From Candidatus Poribacteria bacterium (lineage in GTDB: Bacteria > Poribacteria > WGA-4E > WGA-3G), in the NCBI GenBank assembly GCA_965197475.1, contig CBDANF010000003.1, positions 3,584,001 to 3,648,000 of the forward strand: 64,000 bases of DNA, written 5' to 3'. This document shows, piece by piece, positions 50,685 through 59,422 of this stretch (positions within the stretch are counted from its first letter, which is position 1; the number at the start of each line of letters is the position of its first letter). Both the position numbers and the translations under genes were made by a program. Under the pieces are notes generated by a model. The model worked only from the letters and a program-made list of their open reading frames with translations, had not been told where the DNA came from and searched no databases.

Positions 50685-51116
50685 CTTATAACTTGTGGGA
50701 ACACCAGAACCGGTCCTGAGACTTGTGATGGCGGTTCGGTGACAAGCAGCACACAACATCGAGCAACCTGCACACACGGACACTCTTACTGGAACTGCAA
50801 CCCCTGGCATCGCCACTACCACAAAGAGCGAACCTGCACTGCCTGCAATGTGCGTTACTATCGATGTCTGCGAGAGTCTTGTATTGCTGGCGGACTACAT
50901 AAATGGTAGGGATTCTCCGCTAAATCTCTCATCAACCTCTATTAAAAAACTGGCAGGTCCCCTTTAGCGGTGTCTGTCTTTCTTTTCGTCAAAACCTCCA
51001 CTGCGCTGACATAAAATCATATCCCCAACACACGTGATTTATGAATCCCTTTCTTTAATAATTAGAACTGTGGTATAATTGTTACCAACGGACAATATTG
51101 AATTGGAGGCTATGGA

Positions 51117-52289
51117 TTGTTAAAAGTATCAAAGTTTGGTGGGAGTTCCCTCGCAACGGGCGAGCAGGTTCACCGAGTTTGTGACATCATCACAACCGAC
51201 TCCACATGGCGGTTAATTGTCGTATCAGCACCCGGAAACGCCACAGTCAAGACATAAAAGTAACCGACCTGCTGATTGCAGCCGCATCGGAAAGACTAAT
51301 GGGAAAAATCGGTGCATCGGAATGTGCTGAGGCAATTGAACGTTACAGGAATATCGCTTCTGAATTGGAACTCCCCGCCGAGGTTATTGAACCTATCGCA
51401 AAAGACTTGACTCAACGTTTAGAAAACAGCACAACCGATGCTGATCTCTATATGGATACAAGAAGGCAGGCGGAGAGGATAATTGTGCCTGTCTAATTGC
51501 GCAGGTGTTGCAAGCACGCGGCGTAGAAGCACACTACGTGAATCCGAAGGACGCTGGCTTACTACTGTCCGACGAACCGGGCAGTGCGCAAGTTCTTCCT
51601 GAGGCATATAACCGCCTGTGAAGTCTAAGCGAACGTTCCGGTATCACGATCTTCCCAGGCTTTTTCGGATATTCAAAAGAAGGCAATATTGTAACCTTTT
51701 CTCGTGGGGGATCAGATATTACCGGTGCTATTCTCGCTAGTGCTGTTCGGGCAGAAGTCTATGAGAACTTCACAGATGTTGACTCAGTGTTCGCTGCAAA
51801 TCCTTCTATTGTGCCGAATCCTGCCCCGATTGCGGAACTAACCTACCGTGAGATGCGCGAACTTTCTTACGCCGGTTTTTCAGTATTTCACGATGAGGCA
51901 CTTGAACCTGTGTATCGCGCAATGGTGCCTGTCCACATCCGAAATACGCACAATCCAAAATCTGCTGGCACATTGATTGTTCCGCACTGCAACTCAAGGA
52001 AAATCCCTGTTGTGGGTATTGCCGCGATGAGCAATGTCTGTTGTGTCTACCTTAGCAAGTATCTGATGAACCGACAGATAGGGTTGTCGGTGAAGGTATG
52101 CGGCACACTGTCGGTATAGCCTCACGAGCAACAAGTGCATTAGCAAGTGCGAAAGTAAATATAGAAATTATCAACCAAGGTTCAAATGAGGTTAGCATGA
52201 TGTTTGGCGTAAAATCAACAGATATGGACATTGCAGTTCAAGCACTCTATGAGGAATTTTTCAATGGTAATAACAGCTCAACCGAATGA
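51117..52289 (+). pseudogene. lysC: Aspartate kinase pseudogene
   Basis: KVSKFGGSSLA, VVSAPG, FSRGGSDITGA, ENFTDVD, MRELSYAGF.V.H, INQGS.E.S; several frameshifts, deletions and a TGA at 51619. Confidence 0.88.
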
Positions 52290-52606
52290 ATTATCTGCTG
52301 GCAAACTCACAGAAACGCATATCAAACAAGCAGTTGAAGCGATTAGCGTTGATGGGTATGTTGTCATAGAGAACATTATTAACGATGAGCATCTGGATAT
52401 ATTACGAGAACGGATGGATGCCGATTCGCAAATCCTGATTAAAGCGAAAAAATGGGGTGGTGCAGGGATGCTCAAAGGGCATCTCCAGCAGGGACCGCCT
52501 CCGTTTGCTCCATATATCTTTAGTGACATCGTTGCGAACCCTTACGTCGTTCAGGTGACGAAGGAACTGCTCGGTCCAGGCGTTTACAATAATTTTTATA
52601 ACGGTA
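52264..52606 (+). pseudogene. PhyH dioxygenase 5' fragment truncated by IS982
   Basis: DGYVVIEN, GHLQQGPPPFAPYIF.D.VANP; the remainder is absent beyond the IS. Confidence 0.75.
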
Positions 52607-53612
52607 ACGTGAGTTTGATAATTAAAAACTGGTAAATAGAGAACCCCTTTGTTATTATGAAGTATATCAAATACGGACAAAGGAGTTCTCTGATGGATAT
52701 CATAACACTTTTCTGTGAAATTGACGACTTTTTTCTTGCGTCCGAACAATATCAAGCACAACACCAGTTACCGGAAATCCCCGGAACAAGCAATACCCGT
52801 GGCAGACTTCGGTGTCTTCATCCGAGCGAAGTCATGACGATACTTGTGCATTTTCATCAGAAGCAGTATAAAAATCTTAAAGCCTATTATCAGGATTATG
52901 TTTGCTGCCAGTTGCGTTGGGCGTTTCCAAAACTTGTCAGCTATAGTCGTTTTGTGCAGCTCTCACAAGAGGTATTGGTTCCGTTGTCTATTTTTCTGAA
53001 CACCCGTTTCGGTGAATGTCGTGGGATTTCCTTCATAGACTCAACACCCCTTCCGGTCTGCCACAATCGTCGGATTTCAACGCATCGCGTCTTCGCTGAG
53101 TGTGCGGGTCGTGCTAAAACTTCTATGGGATGGTTCTATGGGTTCAAACTACATGTCGTCATCAACGACCAAGGTGAACTGTTGTCCGCTATGGTGGCAC
53201 GGGAAACGTAGATGACAGGCAACCCGTGCTACAGTTGTGTCGTGGGCTCTTTGGCAAACTATTTGCCGATAAAGGATATATCGCCAAAAATCTGCGGGAG
53301 AGACTCCAAGAAGAAGGCGTGTCCCTCATTTACAAAGTGCGTCCGAATATGAAACCTGAACCTTTGTCTGATGCAGCACTCTTGAAGAAACGGATGCTCG
53401 TTGAGTCCGTAAATAAAGAACTCAAAAGTCAGACAGAGGGACAACACACACGACATAGAAGTCCTGTTAACTTTCAAGTGAACACAGTTGCTGCCTTGAT
53501 CGCTTATACCTGTCTGAAGAAGAAACCTTCACTCAAACATAAAGAACTTCAGGAAAAAGACTGTCAGTTGCCAATGATATGTAACTTCTAAAAATATTTA
53601 TCAAACTCACGT
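52607..53612 (+). mobile_element. IS982-family element with frameshifted transposase (52693-53591)
   Basis: Perfect inverted repeat acgtgagtttgataa; MDIITLFCEIDDF, FIDST, GWFYGFKLH, FADKGY, HTRHRS..NF; 1-nt deletion near 53200. Confidence 0.9.
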
Positions 53613-53690
53613 TAGAAAAGGTAGAATACGCGTGTGGTATTCTGCATGATATTGAACTTAAAAAGTCGTCATTTCGGTATTTTAACCCTA

Positions 53691-53712
53691 AATCCCCTTA
53701 TCAAGGGGACTT
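53691..53712. repeat. Palindromic element aaatccccttatcaaggggact
   Basis: cccctt-atc-aagggg hairpin followed by a tgcgtaagtcc end. Confidence 0.45.
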
Positions 53713-53736
53713 TTGTTTGAACCTATTGCGTAAGTC

Positions 53737-53962
53737 CAGGGCTATTTAGTTTTAAGAATTATCAGTTAATGAGTGTTACTGGTAGTTTATTTCGCAGGTC
53801 GGATAGAGCGGTAGCGAAACCCGACAGGACCTAAACGTGTCCAAATCAACGCCAAATGCGCGTATGGCATTTGGCGGGTTTCGCAAGCTCTACCCGACCT
53901 AAAGGTGGTTTATATAGAAATGTGAAAAATATAGCAGAAAAACCGAAAACTAAATAACCCTG
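53737..53962. mobile_element. ISAs1-end MITE (226 bp) carrying an inverted REP doublet
   Basis: TIRs cagggctatttagtttt / aaaactaaataaccctg; internal aggtcggatagagc..gcgaaacccg and cgggtttcgc..gctctacccgacct. Confidence 0.75.
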
Positions 53963-53979
53963 CCGTATGTAACAATATC

Positions 53980-54008
53980 TTGACTTTTAATATCAGATGT
54001 GTTAAAGT
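53980..54008 (+). promoter_or_regulatory. Putative sigma70 promoter of the lipid operon
   Basis: ttgact-N17-taaagt. Confidence 0.4.
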
Positions 54009-54138
54009 ACATCTGTTTGAATGGAATACCCTCAAACCCCATGCAATGCGACTGACCAAGACTTACGTAAATCCGGCAGCTCCAATAAAAGTAGTTCTAC
54101 TGGTGAAACTAAACATTACATGAGACAAAAAGGAAATT

Positions 54139-57100
54139 ATGTCAATAACCGATTTTTTTCGTGGAAAGGTCCTACTAATTACTGGCGGGACTGCCTTCCT
54201 CGGGCAGCCGATGCTTGCCAAAATTCTAACTTCCCTTCCAGATGTAAAAAAAATATACCTCCTCATCAGAAGCCGGGTTGAGTCGAACGGTAAAGTTACC
54301 TCTGCCCAAGAACGTTTTGAAAATGAACTGTTAACTTCCGATGTTTTTGATGCATTACGTCGGTTGCACGGCACACAGTTTAAGACATGGGTTATGGATA
54401 AAGTTACTGCGGTTGAAGGCGAACTGATGGATGAACGTCTCGGCTTTAGTGATGCGGACTACCAACGTCTTCAGAATGAGATAGACGTTTTTATTAATAT
54501 CGCAGGACTCGTTGACTTTGACCCTCCTTTTGATGCCTCGCTAAAAGGTAACACACTCGCCGCCAAACATGTTGTCACGTTCGCAAAGGGTTGTGCTAAT
54601 GTAGTTTTTCTTCATGTTTCAACAGCTTACGTCTGCGGTGATACACCTGGGCGAGTGGCAGAGGAACTTCACCTACCTTACGAAGAATACGCGCAACAAC
54701 ATAATGAAAAAACCGGAACAGCAATTCCACCAACACTCTCGGAAGAAATTGACTATCTGCTCGCGTTGAGCCAGTCTATTCGCGATGAAGCTGAGGCACC
54801 CGTGCAGACAGCGCGTTTTCAACAGATAGCGCAAAAACAATTACAGGCAAACAAGCGTGGGAGTCGGAAAAACTTAGAGGTGCTTGTTGAAAAAGCTAGA
54901 GCAGAATGGCTTGAGGCGCGTCTGGTTGAAGCAGGACTTGAACACGCGCGTTCACGCGGATGGAACGATACTTATACCTACATGAAATTCCTTGCTGAAC
55001 AAGTAATCATGGAATTACGTGGTGACCTTCCTACTGCGATTGTTCGCCCTTCAATTATTGAAAGTAGTGTTGCTGAGCCCCACCCTGGGTGGCTCGGTAA
55101 GTATCGGATGTCCGAACCGCTTATTGTCGGTTTTGCGAAGGGGCGTATCCCCGATTTTCCAGCTGACCCAGATATTATATTGGATATTATTCCCGTTGAT
55201 TTCGTCGTGAATGCAATGTTAGCCGCTGCCGAAGCAATAGCGAATAGTGGTGGAATTGAGGTTTACCATGTTGCAACTGGCACCCAGAATCCGCTATATT
55301 TTCGTGGCATTGTTGATGCAACTTATGGCTATTTTACTGAAAATCCTATGATGGAAAATGGAAAACCGGTTCCAGTCCCCGTGTGGCAGTTTCCCAGTCT
55401 GGAGTTATTCGAAAAGAAAGTAGATGGCAAAATGCGCATGCTTGATCGCACAATTAAGGCACTCGCGCTATTGCCGATGAAATCAGCAAAACGACAACGT
55501 AGAAGACTCATTCTAAGACAGAGTGCCATAAAAGCTCTATTGCATTACATTCGAATTTACGCGCCTTATACCCGAACAAACTTTGAATTTGAAACGGAAA
55601 AGATGCAGAGGCTTTACGACGGACTATCACCTGAAGAGCAGCAACGCTTCAGCTTTGATGTTTCTCAAATTCATTGGAAGCAGTATTTTCAGGAGATTCA
55701 CATTCCCGGCATCAAGCGACATGTGCTAAAACTTGAGGACAGCACATCTGACACACAAAAAGTGGAGGAAGTTTCCGACTCTTCAAAAAATCGAAAAACA
55801 CCGTCTCAAGAGGAAGCGAACGAGTCTCCTTCCCCAGCTCCAAATCCGATAGACAGTATCTCTCCCCGAACGATCATAGATTTAATTGAAATTCAGGCAA
55901 AACGTATTCCCGAAAAAATTGCCCTTCAGATGGTAAACGATGGAGAATGGGAGCGTTATACCTACGCTGAAACCTATACGCGTTCACGCCAAGTTGCGTT
56001 CCAATTATGGAAAAGCGGATTACGTAAAGAGGATCGAGTTGTTTTAGTCTCAGAAAACCAACCAGAATGGTGTATTGCTTACCTCGCCGCCTCGCAAATC
56101 GGTGTTGCGGTTGTCCCTCTTGACGCGCAGACCCCTACACGCGAAATATTAGCAATTGCTGAGTTCACCGATGCGAAAGCAATCCTTGCATCCGATGCTG
56201 TTTTAACTCAGTCATCTGCACTGTTGACTGATGCAAAAGTTCCGTTGCAGAATATTAATAGGTTTAACGAAGTGATTGATTCTGATGAAGATATCCCAGA
56301 GGATTTTCCAAACGTAGAGGTTTCACCAGATACCGTCGCATCTATTATTTTCACGATGGGAACAACTGTAGACGCGAAAGGTGCAATGCTGACTCATGGC
56401 GGATTTATCTCAAACGTTAAAGCCGTTGCAAAGGCACTGCCTCCGACAGATTCGGAACGTATCTTGTCAGCACTCCCACTGTATCATGCACTGAGTTTTT
56501 CATGTAGTCTGCTAATGGCACTTTATAGTGGCACCACTGCTACTTATGTCAATGCTTTTCGCCCGACAACACTTTTGAAAACGATGCGTGAGGATAAGAC
56601 CACAGCATTTATCAGTGTGCCGCGACTTTTTCAGATGCTTCAAAGCACTATTGAGCGACAGGCATCGCGCAAAGACACACCAGGAGAAACCTTAGCCGAA
56701 AAGGCACAAGCAGTTATGGGGGGTCATATTCGCGTCCTTGTCAGCGGTGGTGCTGCTCTCGCCGATGCAATTTATGACGGGTTCCAAAAATTTGGTATGA
56801 CACTTTATCAAGGCTATGGAATGACTGAAACAGCACCTGTTTTGAGTGTCAATCCTTATCTCAATAGCAAACGTGGGTCTGTCGGACCGGCTGTGGAAGG
56901 CGTAGAATTTCAGATTGTAAATCCGAATTGCGATGGTATCGGTGAGATTATTGCCAAGGGTCCCAGTAATATGAAAGGGTACTATCAAAATCCACAAGCC
57001 ACCGAGAAAGCTATCCGCGATGGTTGGCTCTATACTGGCGATCTTGGATATATTGATGGGGAGGGTTATCTCTATATCACAGGACATTGTAAGGATGTTA

Positions 57101-58413
57101 TCGTTCCCGCCTCTGGCAAAAATGTTTACCCTATTGAATTGGAGGCACTTTATCAGGACAGTCCTGCTATTGCTGAGATGTGTGTCGTTGGAATTCCTGA
57201 TGAAGACGGTTCGGATGTTGCTATCCATGCGGTGATTGTTCCCGCAGAAAGCAACGAGAAAACTACGGCAGAAATTCAGGACCACCTGCAGAAAACAGCA
57301 AAACAGCTGCCAAGTTACCAACAATTTCACAAATCGCATCTGTTTCAGGACGTTTTACCGAAAACCGAGAACGGAACAATTGACAGAAAACGGGTTAAAG
57401 AGCAGTTAGAGGCGTATCTCGTTAATGAACAAGTCTCAGTTATGGATGAATCTGACTGTCAGCAAAGTAAGAATATCCCAGAAGATATTTTAATGCCACT
57501 TGCGCGGTTAGCACGCATGCCCGCGAATAAGATTCGCAGAGAAAACCGTTTGGATACTGATCTTGGGCTTGATTCGCTTACGCGGCTTGACCTGCTAATG
57601 CTCCTTGAATCTCAACTGGGTCAAACGATTCCTGATGCGATGGTTGCCAATTTGCAGACGGTCAACGATGTTGTTGAGTTAACGCTGGCTTTTGAAAAAA
57701 CGGATCCTATACAATCCACCGAAGCATCAGAAAAACTTTTAGAGCTGCGACAAAAACCGCATTGGTATGCGCGCGCTTTCCGTGGTGCTATCCGAAGCCT
57801 GTATCAACAACGTTTTTCGTTTGAGTGTTTCGGTTTGGAGAATATTCCTATAGGAAAACCTTATATCATCACGCCTAATCATACAAGCCATTTAGATACG
57901 TTGACAGTTATTACGGCTTTAGGACATGAATCGCACCGATTGTGGACGCTTGCTGCGCGGGACTATTGGTTCGGTAATCGGTTCCAAGGATGGTTTGCAC
58001 ACAATTGCCTTAATGCACTTCCTATAGAACGTGACGGCAATTTCACGCAGTTCTTACAGGATTTACGGATGGCTAACGAAGTGATGGAACAGAACAATGG
58101 GTTGCTGATTTTTCCAGAAGGTACGCGTTCACTTGATGGGAAACTGCAGCCTTTCAAACCGGGGATTCTTAGCCTATTGGTTTATGGACAACAAGTGCCT
58201 ATTATACCTACTTACATTGAAGGCGCATTTGAAGTCCTACCGAAGGGACAGAACCTTCCGAAAAAACATCCGATTCGGATTGTTTTTGGGAAACCGCTTC
58301 TATTTGAAGTTTCACAAAAACCGGAGGAGATCACGGAAAATTCAGAGATATACCAGAAATTTTTGACTGAACTTGAAAACCGTGTTGCCGAACTCGGTGA
58401 GACACTACGTTAG
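54139..58413 (+). CDS. Multidomain fatty acyl reductase + adenylation + ACP + acyltransferase (ElbD-like)
   Basis: TGGTAFLG, HVSTAYV, YTYMK, IVRPSII (FAR); QGYGMTE, TGDLG (adenylation); DLGLDSL (ACP); NHTSHLD, FPEGTRS (PlsC). Confidence 0.9.
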   Translation: MSITDFFRGKVLLITGGTAFLGQPMLAKILTSLPDVKKIYLLIRSRVESNGKVTSAQERFENELLTSDVFDALRRLHGTQFKTWVMDKVTAVEGELMDERLGFSDADYQRLQNEIDVFINIAGLVDFDPPFDASLKGNTLAAKHVVTFAKGCANVVFLHVSTAYVCGDTPGRVAEELHLPYEEYAQQHNEKTGTAIPPTLSEEIDYLLALSQSIRDEAEAPVQTARFQQIAQKQLQANKRGSRKNLEVLVEKARAEWLEARLVEAGLEHARSRGWNDTYTYMKFLAEQVIMELRGDLPTAIVRPSIIESSVAEPHPGWLGKYRMSEPLIVGFAKGRIPDFPADPDIILDIIPVDFVVNAMLAAAEAIANSGGIEVYHVATGTQNPLYFRGIVDATYGYFTENPMMENGKPVPVPVWQFPSLELFEKKVDGKMRMLDRTIKALALLPMKSAKRQRRRLILRQSAIKALLHYIRIYAPYTRTNFEFETEKMQRLYDGLSPEEQQRFSFDVSQIHWKQYFQEIHIPGIKRHVLKLEDSTSDTQKVEEVSDSSKNRKTPSQEEANESPSPAPNPIDSISPRTIIDLIEIQAKRIPEKIALQMVNDGEWERYTYAETYTRSRQVAFQLWKSGLRKEDRVVLVSENQPEWCIAYLAASQIGVAVVPLDAQTPTREILAIAEFTDAKAILASDAVLTQSSALLTDAKVPLQNINRFNEVIDSDEDIPEDFPNVEVSPDTVASIIFTMGTTVDAKGAMLTHGGFISNVKAVAKALPPTDSERILSALPLYHALSFSCSLLMALYSGTTATYVNAFRPTTLLKTMREDKTTAFISVPRLFQMLQSTIERQASRKDTPGETLAEKAQAVMGGHIRVLVSGGAALADAIYDGFQKFGMTLYQGYGMTETAPVLSVNPYLNSKRGSVGPAVEGVEFQIVNPNCDGIGEIIAKGPSNMKGYYQNPQATEKAIRDGWLYTGDLGYIDGEGYLYITGHCKDVIVPASGKNVYPIELEALYQDSPAIAEMCVVGIPDEDGSDVAIHAVIVPAESNEKTTAEIQDHLQKTAKQLPSYQQFHKSHLFQDVLPKTENGTIDRKRVKEQLEAYLVNEQVSVMDESDCQQSKNIPEDILMPLARLARMPANKIRRENRLDTDLGLDSLTRLDLLMLLESQLGQTIPDAMVANLQTVNDVVELTLAFEKTDPIQSTEASEKLLELRQKPHWYARAFRGAIRSLYQQRFSFECFGLENIPIGKPYIITPNHTSHLDTLTVITALGHESHRLWTLAARDYWFGNRFQGWFAHNCLNALPIERDGNFTQFLQDLRMANEVMEQNNGLLIFPEGTRSLDGKLQPFKPGILSLLVYGQQVPIIPTYIEGAFEVLPKGQNLPKKHPIRIVFGKPLLFEVSQKPEEITENSEIYQKFLTELENRVAELGETLR

Positions 58414-58421
58414 GGTTTAAA

Positions 58422-59108
58422 ATGGAATCGCTTCAGAAAAAAGCTATTGCGTTTTTTGATGTAGATGGCACGTTACTGAGTTCGACCATCGTGCATTGCT
58501 ACATCTGGTTACGTACTTCTTCGCTGTCACCGATCATGAAATTATTGTGGATCATCGGTTTTCTACCGAAGGTCGTGTATTATCTAATTTTAGATCGGAT
58601 TAGTAGAGAAAGGTTTAATCGGGTCTTCTATCAAAATTATCGTGGCATGGATGCGGCGGCGGTAAAGGCATTAGCAACTGAAATGTTCGGAAGCTACCTC
58701 CGTAAGAAGATATTTCCCGAAGCCATATCGCAAATAGAGGAGCATAAAGCGCAAGGGGATCAAGTTGTTCTTCTAACAGGTTCACTTGATTTTATTGTCC
58801 GACCAATTGCAGCGTATTTCGGAGTGGATTCTATTTTAGCACCTGAACTTAAAGAACAAGATGGAAAGTTTACCGGTGAACTGACAGATGAACCGCTTAT
58901 CGGAGAGCAAAAGGCAATTGTGTTGAAAAAGTTCGCTGGGCAAGCAGAAATACCGCTTGATATCTGTTATGCCTATAGTGACAGCAAATCCGATCTGCCG
59001 ATGTTAGATTGTGTAGGCAATCCGATTGCTGTAAATCCAAGTAAGGCACTACGCAAACATGCACTTGAGACAAATTGGGAAATTCACGAATGGATGCAAG
59101 CGTCATAA
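58422..59108 (+). CDS. HAD-IB family phosphatase
   Basis: FFDVDGTL, LTGS, K, YSDSKSDLPML..VG.P.AVNP. Confidence 0.9.
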   Translation: MESLQKKAIAFFDVDGTLLSSTIVHCYIWLRTSSLSPIMKLLWIIGFLPKVVYYLILDRISRERFNRVFYQNYRGMDAAAVKALATEMFGSYLRKKIFPEAISQIEEHKAQGDQVVLLTGSLDFIVRPIAAYFGVDSILAPELKEQDGKFTGELTDEPLIGEQKAIVLKKFAGQAEIPLDICYAYSDSKSDLPMLDCVGNPIAVNPSKALRKHALETNWEIHEWMQAS

Positions 59109-59188
59109 ATTTCAAAATCGGTTGCATTTTGTATCCAAGAAGATTGGAATTATTTAGTAAAGACGACTTGTAGAAATCCATAATTTAG

Positions 59189-59407
59189 ATGAGGAAAACA
59201 ATGGAAGTTAAACGTTATTTTGAATCAATGTCCGAACCCAATGACACTATGTTTATTGAATTCTCTGATATGTACCGCTTCACACGCCGTGGTGAAGATT
59301 GGGAAAAATTCCGACAAGATATAATTGAAGTTCTTGAACAGACTATTTCTGAAGAACTCTCCAAAGAATTTGCAGAAGCCACAGCGGACTGGGTTACAGA
59401 GAATTAG
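59189..59407 (+). CDS. Small acidic hypothetical protein
   Basis: Co-oriented ORF filling the intergenic gap. Confidence 0.55.
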   Translation: MRKTMEVKRYFESMSEPNDTMFIEFSDMYRFTRRGEDWEKFRQDIIEVLEQTISEELSKEFAEATADWVTEN

Positions 59408-59422
59408 GATTATTGGAACAGT

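Larger units (their letters stand above)
48459..50909 (+). pseudogene. Secreted Cys/His-repeat protein (513 aa reconstructed), interrupted by IS630
   Basis: Removing 48691-49599 restores an in-frame CSGCEVYYL-NSTATVSIS junction; signal peptide MKKLFIFLLAAF. Confidence 0.85.

Noticed and set aside
49600-50909. Multiheme cytochrome c
   Set aside because: No CxxCH motif; the CxxC occurrences are followed by S, T, N or E.
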